Source: Candidatus Poribacteria bacterium
GTDB taxonomy: Bacteria > Poribacteria > WGA-4E > PCPOR2b
Length of the DNA: 64,000 nt
Assembly (NCBI GenBank): GCA_965215015.1
Contig: OZ244042.1
Span: 5,120,001-5,184,000 of the forward strand
Direction: 5' to 3'
Below the pieces are notes generated by a model. The model searched no databases. It was not told where the DNA came from and was given only the letters and a program-made list of their open reading frames with translations. Of this stretch, positions 8,606 to 18,073 are shown piece by piece. Each line of letters starts with the position of its first letter. Within the stretch, counting starts at the first letter, position 1. Made by a program: the position numbers and the translations under genes.

Positions 8606-10777
8606 ATGACGAGATGGATGCAAGTTGCACAAAGATCGGAGGTTGAACCTGGCGAAAGCAAAGTGGTTCAGCTGGGGGACGAGCGCGTGGCAGTATTCAA
8701 CGCCGATGGAAAATTCTACGCCATCAATAATGCCTGTCCACATCAAGGGGGGCCACTTGGAGAAGGTACCTTGGATGGAGAGGTCATCACCTGTCCCTGG
8801 CATGAGTGGAAGTACGACCTGAAAACTGGCTGTCCCATCGTCACACCATCCGTCAAAACTTATGCGCTCCGAGTTAATGGAGAAACAATTCAAATCGCTG
8901 TCGAGCCCAAGGAGGAAGCGCTTGCCCGACAGGACCCAGTGCCCTCTAAGGGATCGGAAGCAACCGATCCGGTCTATGAGATTCTTGAACAGATCAACCT
9001 CGGCAAGACACTTGATGAAGTGTTCGAGAATATCTACGTTGGGCTTCAGGCCGTTGTGCCGCACAGTCGTTTGGGCATTGCACTAATTGACGAGTCATCA
9101 GGCAGGTTGGTACAGGTTAAGACAAAATCTGATCGCAAAATCCTTTTGGACAACGGCTTTTCAGCACGAATCGCCGGATCGACCCTTGAGAGCGTTTTGG
9201 AATCAGGAGAAGCACGGATTATTGATGATTTTCGAGAGGTCCTCGAAAAACGCCCCAGTACCTGGACCCAGCTTATGGTTGAAGAAGGTATGCACTCAAA
9301 CCTGACGCTACCGCTGAAGGTAGGTGGAAAGCCGATTGGCGTTGTATTTTTTACCAGCGCAATTCCCCGGGCGTTTTCAGCGGCGCACGGCGGGTTCCTC
9401 AAACAGATTGCCGGACAACTTTCCATCCTGATCGAGAAGGGCCGATGGGTCAGCGACCTCGCACAGAGCAACGCGCGATACCGCATCCTTTTTGAGATGT
9501 CCAACGATGCAATCTTCATTTGTTCCGCTCCCTCCGAGCCCTTTGTGACGGTCAACGAAAATCTGTGCATATGGCTGGGCTACACACATCAGGAGCTCTC
9601 CAATTTATCATTGCACAATCTGATGAAGGGAGAAGAATTTCAGCGGGTCTCCCAATTGCTGGAGGAACTTATCCCTCAAGGAACAACAATCACTTTTGAA
9701 ACAGAACTCTCGAAAAAAGATGGGGGTATACTACCATTGGGGATGCGGGTGGTCGGCATTGAGCACGCGGGAAAACGGTTCATCCAGGGGTTCGCCCGCG
9801 ATCTCTCAGAGGTAAAAGCTCTCAACGAACAATTGAAAAGCCTTTACACATTTGAAAAACTCATCGGTAAAAATCGACAAATGCAGGAAATCTATGAACT
9901 GATTCAACAGGTGGCACCAATGTCGACGACCGTGTTGATTCAGGGGGAGAGTGGCACCGGAAAAGAGTTGGTTGCCAACGCGATTCACCATCGAAGTGAG
10001 AGGACAGATGAAGCGTTTGTCAGTGTCAACTGTGGAGCGTTGGCAGAGAGTCTCCTCGAAAGTGAGTTGTTCGGCCACGTAAAGGGAGCATATACGGGTG
10101 CAACCACAACAAGACAGGGACGGTTTGAGAGGGCGGACAAGGGGACGATTTTTCTGGACGAAATTGGAGATCTAAGCCCTGCGATGCAGGTAAAGCTACT
10201 CAGAGTCTTGCAGGAGGGAGCGTTTGAAAAGGTTGGCTCCTCTCATACGCAAAAGGTAGACGTGCGAATCATCGCTGCGAGCAATCGCAATCTGAAAGCC
10301 GCAATTGAGTCAGGAGATTTCCGGGAAGATCTCTACTACCGGCTGAACATTGTGCCGATTCAGCTACCACCGCTGCGGGAAAGACGGGAGGACATTCCCC
10401 TCCTGATTGAGCACTTTATCCAGAAATTCAATCGGCACACCCAGAAGTCCATTCAGGACGTTTCTCCTGAAGCATTAGCTATCCTAATGGAGTACCCCTA
10501 TCCCGGCAATGTGCGACAGTTGGAAAATATCATCGAGCACACTTTTGTCAAATGTCCGGGCGAGCGCATTGAAAAGAAACATCTCCCCACAGAACTGATT
10601 GGACCTAAGGACGACATTGTAACACTGGTGCTCATGGGCGAAAATCCCCTCGCCACACTGGAGCGGGAATTGATTCAACGGGTTTTAGAACAGTGTGAGG
10701 GCAAACCGAAGTTGGCTGCGAAACGTCTAGGCATTAGCCGTACCACCCTGTGGCGACGGCTCAAGGCGGAAAAGTGA
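8606..10777 (+). CDS. Sigma54-dependent activator with Rieske-GAF-PAS-AAA+-Fis HTH architecture
   Basis: N-terminal CPHQG...CPWHEW; GAF and PAS segments; GESGTGKE, ESELFGHVKGAYTGA, FLDEIG, FREDLYYRLN, YPGNVRQLEN and AAKRLGISRTTLWRRL. Confidence 0.93.
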   Translation: MTRWMQVAQRSEVEPGESKVVQLGDERVAVFNADGKFYAINNACPHQGGPLGEGTLDGEVITCPWHEWKYDLKTGCPIVTPSVKTYALRVNGETIQIAVEPKEEALARQDPVPSKGSEATDPVYEILEQINLGKTLDEVFENIYVGLQAVVPHSRLGIALIDESSGRLVQVKTKSDRKILLDNGFSARIAGSTLESVLESGEARIIDDFREVLEKRPSTWTQLMVEEGMHSNLTLPLKVGGKPIGVVFFTSAIPRAFSAAHGGFLKQIAGQLSILIEKGRWVSDLAQSNARYRILFEMSNDAIFICSAPSEPFVTVNENLCIWLGYTHQELSNLSLHNLMKGEEFQRVSQLLEELIPQGTTITFETELSKKDGGILPLGMRVVGIEHAGKRFIQGFARDLSEVKALNEQLKSLYTFEKLIGKNRQMQEIYELIQQVAPMSTTVLIQGESGTGKELVANAIHHRSERTDEAFVSVNCGALAESLLESELFGHVKGAYTGATTTRQGRFERADKGTIFLDEIGDLSPAMQVKLLRVLQEGAFEKVGSSHTQKVDVRIIAASNRNLKAAIESGDFREDLYYRLNIVPIQLPPLRERREDIPLLIEHFIQKFNRHTQKSIQDVSPEALAILMEYPYPGNVRQLENIIEHTFVKCPGERIEKKHLPTELIGPKDDIVTLVLMGENPLATLERELIQRVLEQCEGKPKLAAKRLGISRTTLWRRLKAEK

Positions 10778-10791
10778 TAGTGAAAAAGCAA

Positions 10792-10821
10792 TTGACCCGC
10801 TCCGCAGTCTGGTGTTATAAT
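10792..10821 (+). promoter_or_regulatory. Sigma70-type promoter
   Basis: TTGACC-N18-TATAAT with TG, upstream of the FGE-family gene. Confidence 0.55.
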
Positions 10822-10895
10822 GTCTCTAATTTTGGCATGTCACTACGTATCTCATCTTCCACCGTCTTCGGATTATCACGAGCGAATATATTTCG

Positions 10896-11651
10896 ATGTC
10901 AGTCCAGCAAAATCTTACAATCCATCCGCTAAATTACCCATTGATTTATATCCCCGAGGGACCATTCGTCATGGGAACGCTTCCGACAGGCCTGCGAAAA
11001 ACTGACCATGAGGAACCGCAGCGTACGGTAACGCTCAACGCTTACTATATTGGTAAGTTTCCTGTGACTAACGCCCAATATGCACGATTCGTGGAAGACA
11101 CAGGGTATTATCCGCCGCGTTTTCACACCGATTCGCGCTTCAATGCGCCGGACTGTCCTGTGGTTGGCGTCAGTTGGCACGACGCACGGGCGTTTCTAAT
11201 ATATCTCAATGAATTGACAGGCGAAGCATATCGCCTACCGACAGAAGCGGAGTGGGAGAAGGCAGCGCGAGGTACCGATGGACGAGAGTATCCGTGGGGA
11301 AATGAATGGGACCCATCGAAAACGAATTCGTCGGAAAGTGGACTCAAACGAACAACATCTGTTGACAGCTATCCAGAAGGCGTCAGTCCTTATGGGTGCT
11401 ACAATATGGGAGGGAATGTTTACGAGTGGTGCATAGACTGGTTTCACCCACAGACTTATCGCTACGCCCCGGCGCAAAATCCCTTCGGCCCAGCCGAAGG
11501 CAGGCGCAAGGTGATTCGGGGAGGCTCATGGGTGCCGCGAGGGCAATTCGCGGCGCGCTGTGCAAACCGTGCGGCGTATGAGCCAATAGAGATGGTGCAC
11601 AACGTTGGGATTCGGATTGCGAAGTCAGCTTCCAAATCAACCTCAAGATGA
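10896..11651 (+). CDS. FGE-sulfatase (SUMF1/EgtB/PvdO-like) domain protein
   Basis: PVTNAQYARF, PVVGVSW, RLPTEAEWEKAARG, YPWG, MGGNVYEW and RGGSW. Confidence 0.92.
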   Translation: MSVQQNLTIHPLNYPLIYIPEGPFVMGTLPTGLRKTDHEEPQRTVTLNAYYIGKFPVTNAQYARFVEDTGYYPPRFHTDSRFNAPDCPVVGVSWHDARAFLIYLNELTGEAYRLPTEAEWEKAARGTDGREYPWGNEWDPSKTNSSESGLKRTTSVDSYPEGVSPYGCYNMGGNVYEWCIDWFHPQTYRYAPAQNPFGPAEGRRKVIRGGSWVPRGQFAARCANRAAYEPIEMVHNVGIRIAKSASKSTSR

Positions 11652-11669
11652 ACAAAAGCAGGTGATTCC

Positions 11670-13244
11670 ATGTTACGTGGTAGAAATACTCGTCGAGCCC
11701 TTATCTGCTCGCTCGCCATTCACCTTATTGCTGTAGTAATCATGATCCATCTACAGATTAAGCAGCGTCAACTACCCCCATCCGATAACGCTGTTCTGGT
11801 TGACATCACCCATTTTCAACGCCCGGCGGTTCTCCTACCCAAGCCGGTTGAGCCGCCGTCCCCTAAATCCGTAAAATCAGTTGAGCCGCCCCCTGAATTG
11901 GTGAAGGTTGTTTCGGAAGCCCCGACCCCTAAGCCAAAACCCGCATCTACGACCGATTGGCTGACGGTTAATTCACTCAAAACCAATCACCGAGAGGCAA
12001 TCGAGTCAAAAATTGATTCGCCCTCCACTTTCGATAGTGTTGGACCTGTTTCTCAACTACAATTATCCTCAAAAACAGGTCCAGACTCCAGAGCACTTAC
12101 CATCACAGCGATAGATCTGCCCAGAGCGGACTCAGGATCGCCTTTGGCAGCATATCAGAACATCAATATGAATGAGGACAGCAGCAATCTATCAGAGAGC
12201 TCTCCTGAGGTCGGTGTAGCGCAGTTGCGCGTGGGACGCAGACGAGGCGAGACGATTGCGGGGATGCCTATCGGAAATTCGGGGGGAGGCAGCGTTTCAG
12301 GCACCTCTGTGGGGGACAATTACGTTCAGATGATGACTGAACTGGCTCGAAGTTTGACAGATGCGGCAAGCGTTCAGAAGATTGATCTGGTTTTTATCAT
12401 CGACAAAACCGGGAGCATGGAAGACAATGTCCGGGGCATTCGCGCTTATATTGACCTCTTTTTTGAGCATTTCGCGCGCTTAGGACATGATGCAGCCTTT
12501 GGTTTGGTAACATTTGCTGACGCCACTGAAAACAAGCCGAAGGTTCAGGGGGTCACGACGGATCACGGCAAATTCAAAAATTGGCTTTACAAAATTAAGT
12601 TTGAAGGCGGCGGCGATCTCGCCGAATCGGGATTGGATGCGTTGATGGCTGCGCTACACAAGACTAAATTTCGAGGCAACACCCAACGATTTTTCGTCCT
12701 TGCGAGTGATGGCACCTTCCACGATGCGGATTACGACGGCAGATCGGAATATAGTCAAGATGGGGTTATCGAAGCCTTACAGTACAATGGGATTCGTGTT
12801 GATGTCATCGGACTGAATTTCCTCCCCATCAAACAGATTGCCTGGGCAACCGGTGGCACTTGGCGGGCAATCCCCGGTAGAGGTTATCTGGAGCACATCC
12901 CATCAACGCTCACAGCCAAGATGCTCTCTGAGCTGGGCGTTCTTGGTTTCGACGGAGATGACCTGGAGGCGGACGAGGTTGTCGTCTACATTCGTCGCGA
13001 CCCACGTCCAACATGGCTTGAAGTTACATGGAAAGTGCTCAACCCGTTAGGTGAACGATGCTATGGTCCGTTCTCACAGCGTCTAAATATCCCGAACGAC
13101 GGTTCAGAGGTGATGCGGTTTACCCCTACTATTGATGTCAACCAATTTCGAGCCGCAGCAGGGACATACACTGTCATCTACCACCTCGAAAACAATCTCG
13201 GACATCGAAGCATCTTGCGCCGTACCCTTGAATATGGAGGTTAA
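11670..13244 (+). CDS. Membrane-anchored vWA-domain protein with TonB-like Pro-rich N-terminal linker
   Basis: SLAIHLIA TM segment, PKP-rich linker, DLVFIIDKTGSM MIDAS, GGGDLAESGLDAL and VLASDG. Confidence 0.85.
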   Translation: MLRGRNTRRALICSLAIHLIAVVIMIHLQIKQRQLPPSDNAVLVDITHFQRPAVLLPKPVEPPSPKSVKSVEPPPELVKVVSEAPTPKPKPASTTDWLTVNSLKTNHREAIESKIDSPSTFDSVGPVSQLQLSSKTGPDSRALTITAIDLPRADSGSPLAAYQNINMNEDSSNLSESSPEVGVAQLRVGRRRGETIAGMPIGNSGGGSVSGTSVGDNYVQMMTELARSLTDAASVQKIDLVFIIDKTGSMEDNVRGIRAYIDLFFEHFARLGHDAAFGLVTFADATENKPKVQGVTTDHGKFKNWLYKIKFEGGGDLAESGLDALMAALHKTKFRGNTQRFFVLASDGTFHDADYDGRSEYSQDGVIEALQYNGIRVDVIGLNFLPIKQIAWATGGTWRAIPGRGYLEHIPSTLTAKMLSELGVLGFDGDDLEADEVVVYIRRDPRPTWLEVTWKVLNPLGERCYGPFSQRLNIPNDGSEVMRFTPTIDVNQFRAAAGTYTVIYHLENNLGHRSILRRTLEYGG

Positions 13245-14241
13245 GCAAATCACACATCACGTTGCAAAACCTATCGTATCTGAGAAACAGATTGCAATCA
13301 ACGCGGTATTGAAGACCGTACAATTGTGTCAGCAAGTACAGGCTGACATGGTGAAGGCGGATGCAGTGGAGAAGGCGGATCGAAGTCCCGTGACAGTGGC
13401 AGATTTCGGTTCACAGGCTTTAATCTGTCAAGCCATTGGTAAGGCATTTCCAGCAGATGCCATTGTCGCCGAAGAGGATTCTCAGACGTTGCAGGCAAAC
13501 CCTCAACTTATACAGCGTGTGACCGGATATGTCAACAACTTTGCCGCAGGGACACTTTCCACCCAAACGGTCTGCGATTGGATCGATCGGGGGGGGGGAA
13601 AAGTAGGAGAACGTTTCTGGACGCTAGACCCGATTGATGGCACAAAAGGATTCTTACGAGGGGACCAATACGCCATTGCGTTAGCGTTAATTGTTGATTG
13701 GAAGGTAAAATTGGGCGTGCTGGGCTGCCCGAATCTGACGCAGAAATTGGACGACCCGCAGGCACAACACGGTTGTCTTTTTGTCGCGGAGAGGGGTGAG
13801 GGCACGCGGATGCTTTCGTTGGATGGGAAGTTCTCAGAGCGGATTCGCATCTCCCATACTACACGCCGTTTTGCAGAAAGCGTTGAGTCTACCCACAGCG
13901 ACCTTGACGCGCACGCACAAATCGCTCAACAGGTCGGTATCATTGACCCACCGATCCGGTTGGACGGTCAGGGAAAGTATGGGGTACTTGCACGCGGCGA
14001 AGCGGCTGTCTATATTCGTTTGCCAAACCCGGCGACGCCGAATTACCGTGAGTGCATTTGGGATCACGCCGCTGGGATGATTGTGGTGGAAGAAGCAGGG
14101 GGAGTGGTCACGGATGTCGATGGACGTACACTTGACTTCTCGCAGGGGAGACGGATGATCGCCAATCGTGGAATTTTAGCGACGAATGGCGAAATGCATC
14201 CGCAGGTATTGGAGTGTATTCGTAAGTGGAATCATAATTGA
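13234..14241 (+). CDS. 3'(2'),5'-bisphosphate nucleotidase (HAL2/CysQ-like)
   Basis: KADRSPVTVADFGSQA, AEED, WTLDPIDGTKGF and IWDHAAG; start position is uncertain. Confidence 0.92.
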   Translation: MEVKQITHHVAKPIVSEKQIAINAVLKTVQLCQQVQADMVKADAVEKADRSPVTVADFGSQALICQAIGKAFPADAIVAEEDSQTLQANPQLIQRVTGYVNNFAAGTLSTQTVCDWIDRGGGKVGERFWTLDPIDGTKGFLRGDQYAIALALIVDWKVKLGVLGCPNLTQKLDDPQAQHGCLFVAERGEGTRMLSLDGKFSERIRISHTTRRFAESVESTHSDLDAHAQIAQQVGIIDPPIRLDGQGKYGVLARGEAAVYIRLPNPATPNYRECIWDHAAGMIVVEEAGGVVTDVDGRTLDFSQGRRMIANRGILATNGEMHPQVLECIRKWNHN

Positions 14242-14253
14242 CGGTGAAACAGT

Positions 14254-15309
14254 TTAATCCACTGCTTGTGCCGTTGTTGGAATCTCAACTTTCTGCTCGT
14301 TCCAAAACCGATATGCCCCACGATGCAGCGGAATCACAAACGCTTTTGGCGCATTTTCGAGCGTCATATCCTTCGCAGCGGGGGTAGTGGTTACCAAGGT
14401 TTGATGCCCCGCTTGATCGTAGATGTGCTTCAGGATCGTATAAACCGTTTCCTCACTGATGTCTTTGTGTGCGATGAGGACTGTTGGCATCAGGAGTGTG
14501 TTGACCGGCTGGACGTTTTTGTACGCCTTCTCAGGTAATGTGCCGGACAGATAGAAGGGATATTTCTCGTAAAAGCCGTATTTCTTAGCGGGGGCGTCGA
14601 AGTCAATCAGGCGGATGGATTTGATTTCAGAGACGTAAATAATGGCAGAATTGGGAGCACTGACAAGCCATTGAAAACCCGCCACCTGTCCATCGCGCAG
14701 AGCATCACTACCCGCGGTCCCCCCTTTATACACCGGCGTAAACTTGTCGTGGATGCCAGCGAGCTTCGCGAGACGTTCCAGTGTCTGTGCAGAGCCTGAC
14801 CCCGCTGCACCCATCGCAATTTTCTTCCCGACAATATCCTCAAATTGATGCACATCGCTGTTCGCCAAGGTGGCGAATTGATTGTAAGCGATGTAAAGCA
14901 GCGTTACCATCCGGATATTTTCTTTTTTTCCGTCTTTAGCAAAGACCTCCCGCCCATGATATCCAAGATAAACATCAGATGCAAACGCAACGCCCATATA
15001 GTCCTCACCGCTGTTGACGCGACGGACATTTTCAATCGATCCGGCGGACGCTTCGACGGAGATTTTGATGGTGGGCTCTGCTTTTGAAACGACGGTCCCA
15101 ATCCCACTTGCAAACGGTGAAAAACTCCCACCGACCGCCCCACCGAGGATGGAAAGCCATATCTGCTTTTTCTTCAGTTTGTTTTCCTGACCGTTCTCCC
15201 TTTGGACATATGACTGTTTGTCACCACTTTTCTGATTATCGCAGCCATAGATCAGCAGACTTAGCGCACAGAAAATAGACAACCATAAATGAAACTTTTG
15301 GCGTTGCAT
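14254..15309 (-). CDS. TAXI-family TRAP solute-binding lipoprotein
   Basis: Lipobox LIYGC; GGAVGGSF, SAGSIENV, GAAGSGS and IPLHRGA. Confidence 0.9.
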   Translation of the reverse strand: MQRQKFHLWLSIFCALSLLIYGCDNQKSGDKQSYVQRENGQENKLKKKQIWLSILGGAVGGSFSPFASGIGTVVSKAEPTIKISVEASAGSIENVRRVNSGEDYMGVAFASDVYLGYHGREVFAKDGKKENIRMVTLLYIAYNQFATLANSDVHQFEDIVGKKIAMGAAGSGSAQTLERLAKLAGIHDKFTPVYKGGTAGSDALRDGQVAGFQWLVSAPNSAIIYVSEIKSIRLIDFDAPAKKYGFYEKYPFYLSGTLPEKAYKNVQPVNTLLMPTVLIAHKDISEETVYTILKHIYDQAGHQTLVTTTPAAKDMTLENAPKAFVIPLHRGAYRFWNEQKVEIPTTAQAVD

Positions 15310-15328
15310 TTTGCTCCTTTATCGTCAA

Positions 15329-16039
15329 CTACGCTTTCCCATAGACAGGAATTGCCGCCCCATTGATGATAGCAGCAGCGTCGGAAATAAGGAATAGGAT
15401 GACTTTGGCAATGTCGACGGGTGAAACCCAGCGGGAATGATCTTCGTCGGGCATTCCCTCGCGGTTCGCAGGCGTATCCATGATGCTCACCAGCAGGGAA
15501 TTGACGTTAATCCCCAAATCTTTGACTTCCTCTGCAATGGATTCTGTCAGAATCCGTACCCCGTTTTTAGAAACGGAATAGGCACCCAGTCCAGCGGCCC
15601 CACTTAACCCGGCACGGGCAGAGGTGTTCACAATTTTCCCATATCCCTGCTCAATCATGTGCGGCAGCACTGCTTTACAGCAGAGAAAAATCGATTTCAG
15701 ATTCAAATCCATCATGAAATTCCATCGCTCTTCAGCCATCTCGGCAACTGGGATGCCGCCGACAAAGCCCCCGATCGTATTCACTAAAACGTCAATTTGA
15801 CCGAATTTGTCCAATGTGGTTTGGACAAAATTTTGAACTTCAGTTTCAACCGTCAGGTCTGCGCGAATCAGTGTGACTTGCGCTTTGAGGCCGCCAATTT
15901 GACGATCAAACGGTTCGATATTGCGCTCAGAGGTGTAAGGGACCGCAACTTGGTAACCTTCTCTAAGCAGAGCTTCCGTGACGACCGTTCCCAACGCACC
16001 AGTGCCGCCAGTGACAATAGCAAACCGCTTTTCATCCAT
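15329..16039 (-). CDS. SDR family oxidoreductase
   Basis: TGGTGALG and YSVSK motifs. Confidence 0.92.
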   Translation of the reverse strand: MDEKRFAIVTGGTGALGTVVTEALLREGYQVAVPYTSERNIEPFDRQIGGLKAQVTLIRADLTVETEVQNFVQTTLDKFGQIDVLVNTIGGFVGGIPVAEMAEERWNFMMDLNLKSIFLCCKAVLPHMIEQGYGKIVNTSARAGLSGAAGLGAYSVSKNGVRILTESIAEEVKDLGINVNSLLVSIMDTPANREGMPDEDHSRWVSPVDIAKVILFLISDAAAIINGAAIPVYGKA

Positions 16040-16132
16040 TTTAGAATCCTTTCTCCCCGGATGCGCGAAACCGATCCAGATTTTAGTGCTTTATCAGAAT
16101 TGGATTTTGCTTTGAATCCATTCTATTATAGG

Positions 16133-16419
16133 TAGGAGCCACACACTTGAGTTTGTAGTCGCGCAATTCAACCCGCGTCTTTAAGGGAGTCGGCATACGC
16201 CGTATTGCTGTACCCCCATTCCCCTGCTTGCGGGGGGCTGAGGGGGGACTTAGAGGGGGACAGCACGGCGGAGTATGCCGACTCCTCTGAGATTAACTGT
16301 CGCCGCCGAATCCATCGGGCCCGGAACGTTGCGCGAGAGTCCGGGTGTTTTCAACCCACTATGAACATTGCGTGACCGTTTCTGGTATTGGCTTCGACCG
16401 TTCAACTGCGTAAGTGCTA
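16133..16419. mobile_element. Composite MITE/REP element
   Basis: Degenerate ends TAGGAGCCACACA / TGCGTAAGTGCTA; internal GTAGTCGCGCAATTCAACCCGCG, GGCATACGCCGTA and CCCC-GCTTGCGGGG-GGGG modules shared with copies at 19102, 19486, 25804 and 32954. Confidence 0.65.
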
Positions 16420-16425
16420 TTAGGA

Positions 16426-18009
16426 TTAGATTTGGGGACCCGCCGCTCGGACAGCCGCTGTGGCACTGTCGGTAAATTGATTAAAGTTTTCCGCAAACAT
16501 CTTAGCGAGTTCTCGCGCCTGAACATCGTAAGCCGCACCATCTTTCCATGTGTTGCGCGGCTTGAGGACTTCAGACGGCACGCCTTCGCAGGCTGTTGGC
16601 ACATGGATTCTGAAAATTGGATCCGGTTTTATTGGGATATCCGCTAGCTTACCCTTCAAAACGGCGTCAACGATGGCGCGGGTATACGCAATCTTCATTC
16701 GTGTGCCTTCGCCATAGGGACCGCCACTCCATCCGGTGTTAATCAACCAGCAGTCAACCTGATGTTGATTAATCTTTTCCCCAAGCATGTTGGCATATAC
16801 AGCGGGATCTAACGGCATAAATGGATCCCCGAAGCAGTGACTGAAGGTCGCTTCGGGGCCGTCTCCTAGGCCCCGCTCAGTGCCAGCAACTTTCGCGGTA
16901 TATCCCGAAAGGAAATGGTACATCGCTTGTTCGGTTGTTAATTTGGCAACGGGAGGCATCACGCCAAACGCATCGCATGTGAGCATGATTAGATTCTTTG
17001 GATGGCCGCCGACACCTTCCGGGACGATATTATCGAGATGGGTAATTGGGTAACCTGCACGCGTATTCTCGGTTAATGAATCATCATCAAGGTCGATCTG
17101 CCGCGTTACTGGATCGAGAATCACGTTTTCCAGAACTGTACCAAATTTGTGTGTACAGGCGTAAATCTCCGGCTCTGCCTTTTTGGAGAGATTGATTGTT
17201 TTTGCGTAGCATCCGCCCTCAAAGTTAAAAACGCCGCGCTCACTCCAACCGTGCTCATCATCGCCGATCAGTTGTCTCCCCGCTGCGGAGGAGAGCGTTG
17301 TTTTTCCGGTTCCGGACAATCCGAAGAAAAGGGCAACATCTCCAGCGGGCCCAAGGTTCGCTGAACAGTGCATCGGCAGCACCCCCTGGCTCGGTAATAG
17401 ATAGTTAAGGTATGTGAAAACCGATTTCTTCATCTCACCCGCGTACCGCGTTCCGCCAATAAGTACCAAATTCCGCCTAAAATTTACAAGGATAAAGGTC
17501 TCTGAATTAGTGCCATGTAATTCAGGATTAGCGTGCAGTCCCGGGAAATCAATAATTGTAAAATCAGGGGCCCGGGCTGGAGATAACTTGTCGGCGGGGA
17601 TAAGGAGACTTTGGATAAACAGACTGTGCCACGCATATTCGGTGATAGCACGAACATTGATGCGATGCTGCGGGGCGGCACCGGCATAGCAATCTTGAAC
17701 AAAGACATCACGCCCCTGGATGTAAGTTAGCATGTGATTATACACGCGATCGAAGTGCTCTTCGGAAATAGGACGGTTGACTTTGCCCCACCAGACTTTG
17801 TCTCGGTTTGACGATTGTTCAACGATAAATTTGTCGCTCGGTGAACGGCCCGTATGGGCTCCTGTTTCAACAATAAAAGGACCGAATTGAGCAATTTGCC
17901 CCTCACCCCGCTTGAGGGCCTCTTCATATAGAGTAGGTGTTGATAAGTTCCAATATATATTTTTTATATTAGCAATTTTATGATCTCTCAATAACTGGGC
18001 TTTGCTCAT
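16426..18009 (-). CDS. pckA: Phosphoenolpyruvate carboxykinase (ATP)
   Basis: TGRSPSDKF, YAGEMKKSVF, MHCSAN, FFGLSGTGKTTLS, LIGDDEHGW and FEGGCYAK. Confidence 0.98.
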   Translation of the reverse strand: MSKAQLLRDHKIANIKNIYWNLSTPTLYEEALKRGEGQIAQFGPFIVETGAHTGRSPSDKFIVEQSSNRDKVWWGKVNRPISEEHFDRVYNHMLTYIQGRDVFVQDCYAGAAPQHRINVRAITEYAWHSLFIQSLLIPADKLSPARAPDFTIIDFPGLHANPELHGTNSETFILVNFRRNLVLIGGTRYAGEMKKSVFTYLNYLLPSQGVLPMHCSANLGPAGDVALFFGLSGTGKTTLSSAAGRQLIGDDEHGWSERGVFNFEGGCYAKTINLSKKAEPEIYACTHKFGTVLENVILDPVTRQIDLDDDSLTENTRAGYPITHLDNIVPEGVGGHPKNLIMLTCDAFGVMPPVAKLTTEQAMYHFLSGYTAKVAGTERGLGDGPEATFSHCFGDPFMPLDPAVYANMLGEKINQHQVDCWLINTGWSGGPYGEGTRMKIAYTRAIVDAVLKGKLADIPIKPDPIFRIHVPTACEGVPSEVLKPRNTWKDGAAYDVQARELAKMFAENFNQFTDSATAAVRAAGPQI

Positions 18010-18073
18010 GCAGTTCTCCTGAAAGCTGATCTTGGATATGATACACCTGTATGGACATCATTTGTCAACGAAC

